From Sporopachydermia quercuum (Eukaryota), in assembly GCA_001599295.1 (NCBI GenBank), contig BCGN01000007.1, positions 770,470 to 834,469 of the forward strand: 64,000 bases of DNA, given 5' to 3'. Under the pieces are notes generated by a model. It saw only the letters and a program-made list of their open reading frames with translations, made no database searches and had not been told where the DNA came from. Shown here piece after piece: positions 45,918-58,707 of this stretch. Position 1 is the first letter of the stretch, and every line of letters begins with the position of its first letter. The position numbers and the translations under genes were made by a program.

Positions 45918-48900
45918 TTACAACTGTTGACCTTCTGATAAGCTCAAGCCTTGCACATCTTCCTCCAGAGAATCTAGAACATCGCTCTCTTTTCCCTCTT
46001 GCTCTTCCTCCAAAACTGGTTCTCTCACTTGTTCTTTATCATCAGTTGATAACTTACCCATAATATCAGTAATCCATACTACTAAAGCATCTACTTCCAT
46101 CACATCTTGCATCTTCTCTTTGTCTTCAGAATTGACAATCGAAGCGACCATGTCATTATAATAATGCTCATATATTTGAACAACCAATTCCTATACCGTT
46201 AGTATAACTGGACACATCATAAGCATGTAATTAAACGTTGCCTTTGAAAGTTCACATCCTACCTCAATTTATACAGCTTTAATCAAAAATTAACACTTAC
46301 TTGTATTCCATCCATTAGAACGTCAACTATCTTGTAATCTGTGAAAAACTGTTCAATTTGATGTTTCAATTCAGGAATAACAACCATACAGTCGTTAAAC
46401 AGCTGCTGAGTGTCTTCTTTCACAGTAGCCAACGATGGTTCATGCTCTGGTGTTTTAATAATGCTTTTAACAACTTTGTGCGCTGATTCTGCCGTGAATT
46501 CATGAATAGAGTTACGCAACATTGTTTGGAGTTCCTGTAACATTTGTTAATATTGGAATAAGTCATCAAAATGGAGATAAAGGAGGCTTTAGCATTTCAG
46601 CGGAGTGAGATGGTCGTAGACAATGCACTATTCCTGTACACCATTGAGTCAATTTCTTTCCGATAGCTTGTTGTGTTTTGCCCGTCGATTTTACACTGTA
46701 TGCTAATCCCACATGTTTCTTTCTCTCTAACAGGAAGTCATAATTAGATGGCCTCATCCTATCAAAATTTATCAATTAGCCGAACATGAGAACATTTAAA
46801 AATGCGATTGCTGTCCTACTAAGAATAATCATACTAGAAATTATCCTCAAACTGTTCTCATGCCAATCTTCTAAAACCAAACTCTCTCAAAACCAGCAAC
46901 TCATCTAATAAATATACTAAAAAATCTTCCTCAAGTACATCAATTTTATACTTACAGCCTTCGCATCAATCATATCATTAACAACTCTAGGCACAGATTC
47001 CATTGCTAGTTTGAACAATCCATCCTGAGTGAAAATAGTAGACATTCCTTGCGTTTTAATAGTATTATAAATATCATTAAACCCAGAAAAATCTACTCTT
47101 ACATCAGATCGGAAGTAGTCAGAATATTCAATATCAAATGATTGAATTTGATCCTTCAAAAACACCATATGCTTGATAAGAAACAAATACGCATCGGTTG
47201 ACCCCACCTTGGTAGAATAGAGCTTGTATGCTTTGTTCAAAGCCATGATAGATGCATGAACAATCTGATGAGCCAAATCATCAAAAACAGAAGACTGGGA
47301 ATAGAAAACGTTAGCAGTTGCAACTAAGGTAAGCAAGGATTCTTGGATAGAACATAATCACTCAAAAAAAGGGAAATCAACACAAAATAAAACACTTACA
47401 TTAACCAATTGATAAATGCTTGATAATAGTGACAACGCCAGCGACATTGGAGGATACCAACCTTGAAATAACTGCATGGAATCTAGAGATGCAACATCAG
47501 CAACCGAATCGTGTCTATTAGTGGAAAGCTTTGCCAATTGGGAACTGCTGCCATTCTCAGAATTCTTATTTGAGACAGTCGAATTCTTTCGTCCTCCTAA
47601 ACGTAAATCTTCCATTTTGGGCTCATACTTCCATATGTTCTCATCAACAAAAGCTTGAACTCGGAATACTAGCCTGCCTTGCACGTCTTGATACACTACA
47701 GTAAACACATCGCCGTATTTGATACTGGGACGCTCTTCTAAAGCATATTCTGCCATATCCTCATCGTCCTGAATGATCCGTTGTAAAATTGATGTCAATT
47801 CACATAAGGAAGAAACTTTTGACTCCCGGATAATCCTATTACGTAGAGCATCTGTCAGCGGTTCGGCCAAATGGTAATACAGTTTGTACAGCTCGGATTC
47901 ACCCTTAGTGAAGAACATAAAGAATAAGTCATACTCATCTTTACAGATCTTCATAGTATAGTTGATACCTTTCTGAGCAAATAGTACCAAAGATGTAGGA
48001 TTTGCGTTCGCCGTTTCAGTAACCGTCCTCTTAATAATAGGGATCAAAAGCCTGCTTCTTATACCTATGTACAGGTCATAGTACTCATTCAGCAGGCTTT
48101 CGTATTCATCAGACTCCTCAGCTCGTAGAATCATCTCACCAGTTAATCTATGTATCGCAGGTGCCTGCGGCGACGAGGAAAAAGTTGTATACAACAAAGC
48201 ATCCTGCGCAGTAGCATTTCCTTGCCTCACAGTCTTCAGTTTGTTCGTTACTTCATTTCCAAGCTTTTTCAACGCATTGGATACATACGTATATATCAAT
48301 GACAATGCACGAGTCATGCATTGGCGGAATCTCATTGTATACAAATCAATATGCTTATAATTAGGATGCTGGGACAAAAAATCCAAGCATTCGTCTAATT
48401 GGCTTAAGAGGGTCTTGAAATTATCAGTAGTGACAAAAGACGATCCTGGTGCATTCAGCTGTTTTACCATACCATCTAGTCTATCGAAATACTTCAATTG
48501 TTCAGACAATTCTCTATTCAGAGTGTTCAAACTCTCTTGATCACGAAGAAGTTTCCCAGACACTGATTGGAACTCTTCCGTCCCTTTATACACTTTTTCA
48601 AATTTGTGTGACAGCATATTCAAGACAGATTGTATATCACCAGTCTGTCGCAACAGAGCATCGCAAAGGTCAGAATTAACAGATGTGAACTCAGTGAATT
48701 TATTCCATGGTTCAAATTCAATGCTGAAGCTTTTTTCCATATCAACTTCATTCCAAAGCTCACCATGTGTTGATGGTAGCATGTCATGTTTAGACAAAAG
48801 ATATTCTTCTTCTATAAGTGTGAAAGGATAAAGGATGGTGGTTGAAGATGGGATTAAGTTCTTACTCGATGATTTCTTGATATTCAATAGGGCGGTAGTA

Positions 48901-49164
48901 TCAATTGACTCTGCGCGTTGCTTTCTTGTTTTTGCTGGTTGGATTGAAACCTCCTGTAGCATTTTGTTAGTGATTAGATCATAAGAAGTACATATGAGAT
49001 ATGAACAAATTGATGATACATACATTGTTAATCGAGGCATTCAAAGCAATGCTTTGTAGAATTGACTGACCTCTAGAACGACGTTTATGGTGATGAGTAT
49101 AAACAGCAGGCGTTGTAGGTGTTGCTGGTGAGCCATTGGTGGCATATGAGTAATCATCAAACAT
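45918..49164 (-). CDS. COG3: Conserved oligomeric Golgi complex subunit 3 (Sec34), 5 exons
   Basis: Exons 49164-49024, 48953-47400, 47294-46956, 46534-46301 and 46190-45918, all phase 0 with GTAAGT/GTATGT donors and CTAAC/TTAAC branch points. Motifs: LDECLDFL..HPNYK...Y..RFRQCMTRAL, LRNRIIRE, QDVQGRLVFR, WYPP, N|SSVFDDLAH, LFLIKH, PRVVNDMIDAKA|EL. Confidence 0.93.
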
Positions 49165-50046
49165 TGTATTGAATTGTATTGTCTTTTTTATAGATCCCTA
49201 TACACATGATTAGATGACGCTTCATGTCACCAATGGAACTTTGCTTGGATTAATACCAATGAACAACAGGCGATATGTCTGTGACTGTGAGTGTAAAAGA
49301 CAGATGGAAGGAATACAACCAATAAGTAGCCAACTGAGAAATAGAATCCAGGGACAAATATACGGGCCCTATGTAGCGGTTCGAATATAAGTCATAACAG
49401 ATACGTTGGTGACCGGTGACTGATGATTAAATATGAAAGCATAAGCATAGAAAGCTTTGTAATGATTCAATCGCCAGTGCTTTGTGTAGAGGAGTTCAAA
49501 CATAAGATTTAAGGATTACAGATAACTTGCATAAGGTTTGGAAACCTTGAATATTTGGGAGGGCTACGGGAGGTTTTAAATTTTTATGATTATATAATCC
49601 AAATGCATTCATATGTAGGTAGAGTGTATCATCAGCCATTATTTAACAAAATAACCATTATAACAACACATTGAAGACAGTACTCGTTCAATAAGACCAT
49701 TCCCAGCATTTTGTCGTTTTCTCATGGTACCAGAATGATCGGAAACTAATATCACTAACGTATATCCAACAGATGAGAAAATGGCATACGGTAGAATACA
49801 CCATACATATGTTATCGTCCTACCTTCAACTCTGATTTTCACCAAAAAATGTTGCACTAGTAAGTTTCGTAATCCTTATATTGAGTCTACTGCAATATCA
49901 TCGTCACGCGTGTGATCCAAGGTGATGTACCTAGCTAATTTCACAAGCCTAAACGTTGGTGCTCTACATATAATTAGTGTAGCATGGTCAAGTTCCGTTT
50001 TCGTATACCAAAAACAGGTAGCTCCAAATTTATCTTCAGAAGAGAT

Positions 50047-51431
50047 TTATCGTCGTTTATATATACAAGGCTTCAACAACCATTCTCCCTCAGCTTTCAC
50101 TCTTCTCTTTCTCTCGAGGGCTTCTACAGTATCATCGTCATCACCATCAATGAACTTACTCTTACTCTTCTCTTTAGCTCGTCGTTCATTCAATATATCC
50201 ATAGGTGGCTTGAAGAACTCGAATCTAATAAACATCTTGTTGCTATTATCAGTTTTCTTATGGAAAAAGCCAAATTTCTTCAAAACGTCAATAAATTCGG
50301 TACCTTCTTCATCAGAAAAACGTGATTTGATCTCAGCAATCCATAACTCTCCTCGTGGGTTTAAAATTCTCCATGCTTCTTTTATGAAATCAAGGAAGTT
50401 AGTACCCATAAGAGCTAAACAAAAGATAACTATTGAACAGCTGTTATCTTGTAAAGGGACATTCTTAATATCAGCCACTGTGATTCTCCTATTGACAGCT
50501 TTTAGATCAAAGCTATGTACAACCAGTCTGATAGGTCTCTTCTTTCTATCTTTCTTAATCTTTGCATTGAATTCCTTGATTGCTTTATCTACATCTAGAG
50601 CAAACATAGCTTCACCACAACCCATATCAGCTATCACCACTTCTTTTGAAGGAATACATGGTAATCCACCAGGAGCTCCAACAGGTTTCTCAGTCCTTTC
50701 TTTCACTAAATTCACAAACGTGTCAACAGGATTTTCAGGCCATGAATGAACTTGGTTTCTGAATCCATTATGATACTAGATTCTTTTGTTAATACATTTC
50801 CTCTTGACTCATCATAATGATACCAATGAAGATATATTCCAAGTTTAACCAACAAATTTTCACTTACTTCGTCAAACAAATTTGGTTGTTCCTTAACCAA
50901 CTTCATTGCATTTTCAGAGCTTGAGGTATACAGTTGTTCGTTAATCCATCTGAATCTTGATCCTGATAGCTTAGCTAGCATCTTCTGTTGTAATGGTGTC
51001 AATTTACTAGTATCAAAAATTTGCTCTGTACTTTCAGAGCCAGTTGATTTGTTTGCCTCTCGCCCACCTTTGGTTTTTCCTTTGCTATTTTCTTCACTCT
51101 TCTTAGCCTTTTTGAATTTTTGTGAAGAGTTTGTTGCTTGTTCTTTGAAACTATCGTTTACTTCCTCTTCCTCTTCCTCTTCCTCTTCCTCTTCTTTATC
51201 TACTGGTTTCCTCTTTTTCTGAGAGTTATTTTCCTGCTCCGGACTTCCTACATCAATTTTATTATTATTGTGATCCAGTAATGCTCTTTCTTCTATCTCT
51301 GTGTCAACTTCGGTTTCAATGCTCTTCCTTTTGTTTTTTTTATCCTTCTTACTCTTCTTCTTGTTCTTTTTGGCTTCTCCTACTGCAATTTTGGATGGCA
51401 ATTTCCATCCATCTACTTGAAACAAAGCCAT
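50047..51431 (-). CDS. RRP8: 25S rRNA m1A methyltransferase / ribosomal RNA processing protein 8, 2 exons
   Basis: Exon 1 is 51431-50868, the intron 50867-50776 (GTAAGT...ATTAAC...TAG), exon 2 50775-50047. Motifs: MALFQVDGW, LTPLQQKMLAKLSGSRFRWINEQLYT, FDE|YHNGFRNQVHSWPENPV, IADMGCGEA, FCLALMGTN, AEIKSRF, LLKPCIYKRR*. Confidence 0.96.
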
Positions 51432-51866
51432 GATATTGTATTTTCTTGAAACTGGAAGAATTTTAAACCAGATTTAAGTTAATTATCTTTTATTGAGATA
51501 GCTTTTGATCTTCAATTATTCTTTCTGTTGGGGATTTTGTTGGAGAGAAGGAGGAAGATTTTTTATGCTTCACATGAGAAACGAAAAAAATTATTACTAT
51601 GAGAATAGATCCTCCTTACATAATTACATAATATGAAGAGGATAAAAGTCTTCTATTCTTTTTGAAAATGAGCGAAAAAGTAAAAACGAAATAAATAATT
51701 ATTAACTATTTTATTAGAATCAACAAAGAACAATATTTATATAAATATTCTTAAATATTAATATACTAACGAAAGAAATGAGGAGTAAAGTAGATATAAT
51801 GGAGGGAAGGGAGGACGTGTAATATATCAATACATAGTGTATGATTAAGCTAAATTGTCTGAAAAT

Positions 51867-51964
51867 GTCCCGGTGGCCGAGTGGTTAAGGCGACGCCCTG
51901 CTAATATTGGATGTGGTTTAGGCGTTGGGTTTTACCTGCGCAGGTTCGAATCCTGTCCGTGACG
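51867..51964 (+). tRNA. tRNA-Ser(GCU) with 16-nt intron (51904-51919)
   Basis: GTCCCGGTGGCCGAGTGGTTAAGGCG (A box), anticodon stem ACGCC/GGCGT with GCT at 51900-51902, long variable arm, GGTTCGAATCC (B box), acceptor ...GTGACG, followed by a T-rich Pol III terminator. Confidence 0.96.
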
Positions 51965-52668
51965 CCATTTCTTTTTTATTTTTCAATTACTTCTTTTTTT
52001 AATTGCACTTTTTAACTATTTAGTACATTAACCTGCTGAATAGTTCAGTAAATGATTGAGAATTATTCCATAATGGTGTAAGAAAAAGAAATGGGATTCT
52101 ACTGGTCTCAATTTTGCAGAGTCGGTCCTAACCGTAGTATATTGATTGATACCTTATTCTCATTGTTGCCGCTATTTGATGATGATTGATTTCATCGTTG
52201 ACTAGTTCATAGTAGTTCTTCAAGTAAGAACAATAAAAATCTATCTTATAGTAAAATAAGGAAGTAATCGTTTATAGGCTAATACTATTTAGGTTTTATA
52301 AACAGGGCGGTCTATAATCATTGAAATCTTACAACGATCAAATACTATACCTTCCATTGAGTTTATCTCCCATTTGAGCATCATTTCCGCTATTTCCTCC
52401 CAAATCAATTATTTCCTTTTTGAGAAACTTCTCGGGGATATCCGACTACCTCTCAAGTCGGCAAAATATTCATTTCTTTTCTTCTGCGTAACCATTTGCT
52501 TATCAAGAGTGCTTGATATTTGATTAATCCAGAGAATCCTCCGACGAAAGTCTCTATAATTTTGTCTACTTATTTGAATACAAAAAGCCTGCTTCAGCTA
52601 CAGAAGTAGATAAACCGACATCAAAGCTAACAAGAACGGTTGGAAACTATTAGCAAAAGTCAGTTATC

Positions 52669-53133
52669 ATGTCGGTAGATTTCATTACATGCCACATCCT
52701 AGATACAACAAGAGGAAAACCAGCTTCTGGTGTTTCCTGTGCCATTTATAGATTAGGTGATGAGGTAACTGGACTTGCAGATGTAACCAATTTGTCGACA
52801 TCAAATGAGCCATTTGGTACTGCTGTTACCAATGATGATGGAAGAATAGGTAAATGGAAGTTGGCTAGGGAATCACCTGAAGCTGGTGTATATAGTAGTG
52901 ATGGAACTCTACAGTGGAGCGATTTGAAACCTGGTGTTTATAAGGTGAAGTTTCAGACTTTAGCTTATTTCAAATCATTGGCAGTAAATGGAGACGAATC
53001 AGCTAAGGCTAGAGCAAAGACATTTTTTCCTTTCGTTGAAGTGCATTTCATTGTAGCAAATCCTGCTGATAAGCATTATCATATACCTTTGTTGCTATCG
53101 AACTTCAGTTTCAGTACCTACCGAGGTAGTTAG
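52669..53133 (+). CDS. 5-hydroxyisourate hydrolase (transthyretin-like protein), purine catabolism
   Basis: ITCHILDTTRGKPA, TNDDGR, GVYKVKF, FFPFVEV, HYHIPLLLS and the diagnostic C-terminal YRGS. Confidence 0.95.
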   Translation: MSVDFITCHILDTTRGKPASGVSCAIYRLGDEVTGLADVTNLSTSNEPFGTAVTNDDGRIGKWKLARESPEAGVYSSDGTLQWSDLKPGVYKVKFQTLAYFKSLAVNGDESAKARAKTFFPFVEVHFIVANPADKHYHIPLLLSNFSFSTYRGS

Positions 53134-54882
53134 GTGTTATGTATGAAATGATATAAAGTAAATGAAGGTTAATTTGAAAGGGTTGATTGTATGATGGATT
53201 CATATTCTTCTTCATAAGTACTAAGGACTATTGAATAGCAAGAAGGCTTATGTTGAATTGAGGAATACTATATAACTTAAGAGGGCTAATAATACCTTTC
53301 ATACTTTTATGATTATATATTGATTCAATTATACATATTAGATATTCCCAAACTGTGGTTATTCTTATTTAGCAATCATTGTTCAATCACCCCGGAGCAG
53401 CAAAATATCTGTTCAGTAATTCTCTCTTTCATATGATATGAAGACTTTGCTGTCTTCACAACTTAGTTATGGACAGTTACGTAATGTCAGTTATGGAATG
53501 AGTAACTGGACTACACACAGAAAAAAAACCAAGGGTATGCTCCTTTATGCTAAAAAAGTCTCTNTTTCAAAAATTATATTCGTATCAGTGCAATCATGTT
53601 TACCTTCTTTAATCCCAAGAACAACGACTAATAGTTAGTTTGTAGTCTTCTATCATCAAGCAGAAGACCTAATCTCAATTGACACTGTCCATTAAGAAGA
53701 AAACCAGAAAAGTGATACTTTGTACCACGTGATAAACACTACAGTTGTCCGAAGTACGCTACATTTCAAGTTGCAACAATATCATAATAAATCAACAGAA
53801 AAATTAGAAATTGGCCTCAATTCATCAGGTACATGATTTCAATTTGATTCGAGTACTATTTGTCTTTAATCTGTCTTCAATATCTAAAACAAACAAATTT
53901 ACAAATCCTAACAAAAGAGCAGATTCAACTAGCCCATCTCCAGTATACCCCGCAAATTTGTGGTGTATCCAACCTAACGCGAACCTAGCAGATTTATTAT
54001 TGGGAAATCAACACAACACTATTCACAAACGAAACAAAACACATAGCTCAACTCTTGGAAGGCCTTTCTGTACCTTCTAGTCATTCAATCTGCAGTTGAA
54101 GATTTTAATTAGTTTTATAGAGGTTGGCACTGAGGCTTCATCGCAGTCTCTCTTCCTGGCTTATTCATCATACGGAAGATCTCTTTAACTTATTTACCTG
54201 ACTATAGAGCAAACAGTGTAACGAATCTCTCTCTTTCATGAAAGAATGCAGCATATGCTACCGTTTTTGATATGAAAATCAGAAAATGAAGATTTTAGGA
54301 AAGAGGGCAAAACATGGAGAAAGTAAAACTTCAGCTACTTTGATCCTGGAAATCTACTAGTAAGATTGCCATATCGACTATTAACTCTTGTACTCAACAA
54401 AAAAGCTGTTCAACTCTCCAAATCCTATTATAGTGCAAGTGCTATATTACAGAGGTTCTGGTAACCGCGCTTGTTAGCATATTCCTAGTTCAATGGGGAA
54501 GAAGATAAGAGAAAGAGAAAGAGAAAACGAGAGTATAGACAAGATTCAGTAGCCCTAACTTGATACAGGTATACCCAGCTGGGCAGTAACAATATATCGT
54601 TAGTAAGTAATTATTAGTTCAATAGGAGTCTTTGCTGCAATAGTTCAAAGGCCACCAACAGCTAAACACGTATCTCAAACTAACAGAGCTACAACATCAG
54701 CATAACAGTGTTTGAATACTATTACAGTTGCTGTTACAATTCGACAGTACAATTCCAGACAGGGTAGCTTAGCTTCATTAGTATACTGTCAGTGTATCTC
54801 AACAACAAATGTCTAATACATCCACTTCAAAGCTGTCAGCACTTTCTATTTATCAACTTCCAAAGACTTGAAAAACAAGACA

Positions 54883-57800
54883 ATGTCGTACACGATTCAA
54901 GTTAAAAATACCCATTATGAAGCATACAAACAACGCTATGTCGCTTTTGAAGTCAACCTTGCTAATTGTCTTTATCTCTACCGATATCTGCCCAATGGTC
55001 TAAACATATCACTATCAGCATCGCTAGAAAATTCTCTACCTACCCAGACTATTCAATTTTACTATCCAGGCTTATTTCAACAACATCTAACGTGCAACTC
55101 GTCCATTCCTTTGCCAATGCTTATTAGAGACGTTCTAAAATGCAGAGCTTTCAATCATATTTATCTCAAATGTTTACTGGACCATACCCTATCTTCCACC
55201 ACCGGTTCTTCAAGTTTTCAGATAAAACTATTGAAACAGGACATTAATCAAGAGATCAAGAGAATATGTGGAAATAATGCTATTACCTCCAATACTACCA
55301 ATACAACTACAACATTTATGTTTCTCAATCATCCTATCAAATTAATATCAGTAGTTGGTATAGTTGTCAGCACTAAAGTTCTATGGGATAAACATGAAGA
55401 ATCTATTGGATGTGTAATAGAGATTGACGACTCCTCGGGAGAGACAATCAATTGTTATCTGTCAGGAAGAGTTTGGAATGATTTGAAAGATAAATTGAGG
55501 ATAAGACGAAATATTAGTAGTAATGACAATATATTATCACTAGTTAATATGACAGTTATGGTAAAAGGGACATTACAATATTCATTCCAGGTACAGATGT
55601 TTCTCAAGGAAATGTTAGGTGAAAAAGAGAGAGAAGTTGAAAGAAAAAATGAAAGCAAGGAGGAAAAAAAGAACTCTGGTGATTTGGTGAATGGTAAGAA
55701 TAAAAGTAGGAATGATGGCCCTAACAATGACGGAGTCATCGATCTTAGTACTACCGTTATAGATGAAAACACCACTGAAACTCTACTCAATGAAAGAAAG
55801 ATAACTCGTTTGAAGGTGCAATCAAAAGAAGAACATAATTGCATTCAACATAGGAACATTCTTGAATTTCATGATTATTTATTCAATTCTGCTCAGAAAA
55901 TCAAAGCTGTCGAAGTATGTGTTAAGGAAATTGATTTAGTAGACAACTGGAGAATAAACAACAGAAACATTGCTGGTATCAACAACTACTGCAACTCTTC
56001 AATTCCTGCAAATGCTGCTGCAAAAGTTTCCAACCGAGTCAGTCCGTATGAAATTCCAACAATGTCTACATTTTCNTCAAGTAATCCTTCCAATATTCAC
56101 CTATCATCTGCTACTATTACTGCCACTGTTAGGTCTAATCGTATTCCACCTCCTAGCTTCAAGAATCCATCCAACTTGACAGATTTAACATTAGAGCTAT
56201 TACACTGGAAAACAAGCTTGCAAATCAGAGCTCAAATTCTAACTAAGCCTTGGGTTTTCGATTTGCCCATCTTGAAGATAACCAATTTAACATTCTCTAC
56301 TCAGAGTCATTCTTTCAAACTGAATAAGTCAACCGAGTGGACAAGGAAAAGAAGACTAAGGGAGATTAACGATAAGGGGAGGAGGAGCAATAGTAACTAC
56401 GTAGATAGTAGTGGAGATCACAATAGGAGTGATTATGAGAATGTAGATGGTAGATTTACCAATGATGTTCGCAGTAATAATACTAGAATCAAGCACACAA
56501 TCGGAAACTCATGCAAAGAAAGTTTCAATGAATTTAACGATGGTGTTTCAATCGTAAAGTCTCCTGAGAGAAATAAGAAAAGTGCTGTTAGAAGCATTGG
56601 AGCTAGCACTCCTAGAATATATAATGAGAGCGATGATGATATTACTATTTTTGCTACTGATAGTGCTATTGATGACCATTCTGGCAATACAGCTGTTGAC
56701 TCTTATGATGATAGCATCAACAGAAACACACAACTGTTTGAATTTGAAGGNCACAGAGAAAAGAGTTGGAAACAAACTGTCGATAATGACGTCAATAGCA
56801 ACAGTATCAGTTCAGGAATTGATGATAATCACAATGTCAATGCTTCTTCCATTCCCTGTGAAAAGAACCATAATCCACCATTTATTACTACTAACCTTCG
56901 ACATATGTTATCTGAGAATGAAAAGTTAATCGCCAGTATTCTGCAACTCCCAAATGAAGCTATTGAGGAACGAGTCAAAGAGGCCTTTGATATAAAGAAT
57001 GAAGAAGAAGAGGAGGAATATAAAAGCTATGATAACAATGATGACAGGAATTACTTTGGTGATAGAACTGGCGGTAGTAATAAACCTTTCGANAATAATA
57101 CTANCATGCCTAGAAATGAACCCACTATGATTGATAGTTCAAGCGATAACGACAGCGTTGTTATGGTAAATATTATCAGTAGTGAAACAGAGGAAGAAAT
57201 TGAAAATTGCTCAGCAGAAGATGTAGCTCATATCGGGAGTATTGGTAGCAATGTTGATGAAAAAGATGATAGTATTTATAATGGCATCGCTACTAATTAT
57301 GATATGACTAGAACTATAGCTGGAATTAGTCAGCTCAATGCTTCTCCTAGTAGAGAGGATGATATTATAAGCAAACACAGGAAGGTGAATGATACGAGTG
57401 ATGATACGTTTAACGATGATTGTTTACTACCATCTGCTACTGGGAATAGTTTAAATTTAGTTGCTACTTGCCAGAACGTCATAAAAAACAATGCTTTAGG
57501 CGATACTGATACTCCTACTAGTGATAGTACTATTAGAGATTCTGGTGACAGTAATAGTATCAATAACATCTGTATTAGTATCAGTACTCGCAATGATAGT
57601 TCACACAACCAACAATCTAACTGTTTGTCTTTATCTTCAAACAAGTCGGTATCAACAGTTGCTTCTTGTTCTACTTTAACCGATACTTCTATTGATGTCT
57701 CACTACCTAATTCAATAACTACACGCAGAAGCTTTTCTTTGTCTCCTGCTAATAATAGCAACCCTATTATTAATACGTCGACGGCAAGATCGATAATATC

Positions 57801-58707
57801 AAATAAACCAATTGAGATTGATTCAGATGCTTCCGATAGTTATTCCTCATCACCAGTGCAATTTACTGATATTTCTACTCAATCAAATAGTGACATCAAC
57901 ATTGAACCCGTTAATACAGCAATACAGTTGTTTGTCAATTGGATTTATAAGAAAAAGTATCGCCGGTTTGCAATGGGAGATATTCTGCATGAGAATGAAT
58001 TAACGGTACTCAAGGGGGGTCATTGTACTAGTCAGACCACTGGAAATACCTCTAGAAACACCTTACAAAGTTCCAATAACAAGCCTTCTGTGATTCAGTG
58101 TTTATCCTGTTTACTGAAGACTGGAATNATTCAGAAACTACCCATTAGTGACATCGATAATAGTGGTAGTGGTAGTAGTACTAAGACTGTGAGTAATATT
58201 TATACGAGTCATGGTGCTCGCAACAATGGTAGAGGTACTACCAACATGTGCCGATATAATGGTTTTACAGCTACTGGTAACAGCCCAGACGATAATGTAG
58301 GGAAANCACCCCGTTATCAACCAGTTCCTTATGAGTGTCCTCTATCGGAACTGAGGAATGAAGCAACGAATATATCGACTGCTCATTTAGATCAATGGTT
58401 TTCAGCTGAAAGACTATGGAAACTAATCGAAGGTACCAAACTCGTAAGCAGTAGGCTTCATTCAGAGACTCGTGCTAACGAAACGATGTTTATTAGTAAT
58501 GGGAAGCTTGTTAGGTTTATTACTGAATATATTGAATTAGAAGTCAGCACTATGGATTATTGGCTGATCAGCTTCTTAGTGAAAGATGTTATATTACTGC
58601 TGAACAGTACTGGAAATAATGACCGTGATTTGGTTCTTGATGATGAAGGAAACTGGTGTGTGGAGAGAGAGGAGGAAAACAGACAAGACTATGTGATAGA
58701 TGATTGA
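54883..58707 (+). CDS. STN1: Stn1-like telomere-capping (CST) OB-fold protein, greatly expanded with low-complexity inserts (~1274 aa)
   Basis: ATG 54883. FYYPGLF...PMLIRDV, FLNHPIKLISVVGIVV, EIDDSSGETINC and ELLHWK...IRAQILTKPW match the fungal Stn1 N-terminal OB-fold pattern as recalled. The remainder is N/S/D-rich. Confidence 0.7.
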   Translation: MSYTIQVKNTHYEAYKQRYVAFEVNLANCLYLYRYLPNGLNISLSASLENSLPTQTIQFYYPGLFQQHLTCNSSIPLPMLIRDVLKCRAFNHIYLKCLLDHTLSSTTGSSSFQIKLLKQDINQEIKRICGNNAITSNTTNTTTTFMFLNHPIKLISVVGIVVSTKVLWDKHEESIGCVIEIDDSSGETINCYLSGRVWNDLKDKLRIRRNISSNDNILSLVNMTVMVKGTLQYSFQVQMFLKEMLGEKEREVERKNESKEEKKNSGDLVNGKNKSRNDGPNNDGVIDLSTTVIDENTTETLLNERKITRLKVQSKEEHNCIQHRNILEFHDYLFNSAQKIKAVEVCVKEIDLVDNWRINNRNIAGINNYCNSSIPANAAAKVSNRVSPYEIPTMSTFXSSNPSNIHLSSATITATVRSNRIPPPSFKNPSNLTDLTLELLHWKTSLQIRAQILTKPWVFDLPILKITNLTFSTQSHSFKLNKSTEWTRKRRLREINDKGRRSNSNYVDSSGDHNRSDYENVDGRFTNDVRSNNTRIKHTIGNSCKESFNEFNDGVSIVKSPERNKKSAVRSIGASTPRIYNESDDDITIFATDSAIDDHSGNTAVDSYDDSINRNTQLFEFEXHREKSWKQTVDNDVNSNSISSGIDDNHNVNASSIPCEKNHNPPFITTNLRHMLSENEKLIASILQLPNEAIEERVKEAFDIKNEEEEEEYKSYDNNDDRNYFGDRTGGSNKPFXNNTXMPRNEPTMIDSSSDNDSVVMVNIISSETEEEIENCSAEDVAHIGSIGSNVDEKDDSIYNGIATNYDMTRTIAGISQLNASPSREDDIISKHRKVNDTSDDTFNDDCLLPSATGNSLNLVATCQNVIKNNALGDTDTPTSDSTIRDSGDSNSINNICISISTRNDSSHNQQSNCLSLSSNKSVSTVASCSTLTDTSIDVSLPNSITTRRSFSLSPANNSNPIINTSTARSIISNKPIEIDSDASDSYSSSPVQFTDISTQSNSDINIEPVNTAIQLFVNWIYKKKYRRFAMGDILHENELTVLKGGHCTSQTTGNTSRNTLQSSNNKPSVIQCLSCLLKTGXIQKLPISDIDNSGSGSSTKTVSNIYTSHGARNNGRGTTNMCRYNGFTATGNSPDDNVGKXPRYQPVPYECPLSELRNEATNISTAHLDQWFSAERLWKLIEGTKLVSSRLHSETRANETMFISNGKLVRFITEYIELEVSTMDYWLISFLVKDVILLLNSTGNNDRDLVLDDEGNWCVEREEENRQDYVIDD

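Noticed and set aside
45918..49164. Five separate ORFs or a fragmented pseudogene
   Set aside because: They join in frame through canonical introns into intact COG3.
49922..50749. 275-aa + strand ORF
   Set aside because: Antisense shadow of RRP8 exon 2 with no recognisable motifs.
50712..50867. Apparent frameshift or split of RRP8 into two ORFs
   Set aside because: Explained by a canonical 92-nt intron that restores FDE|YHNGF.
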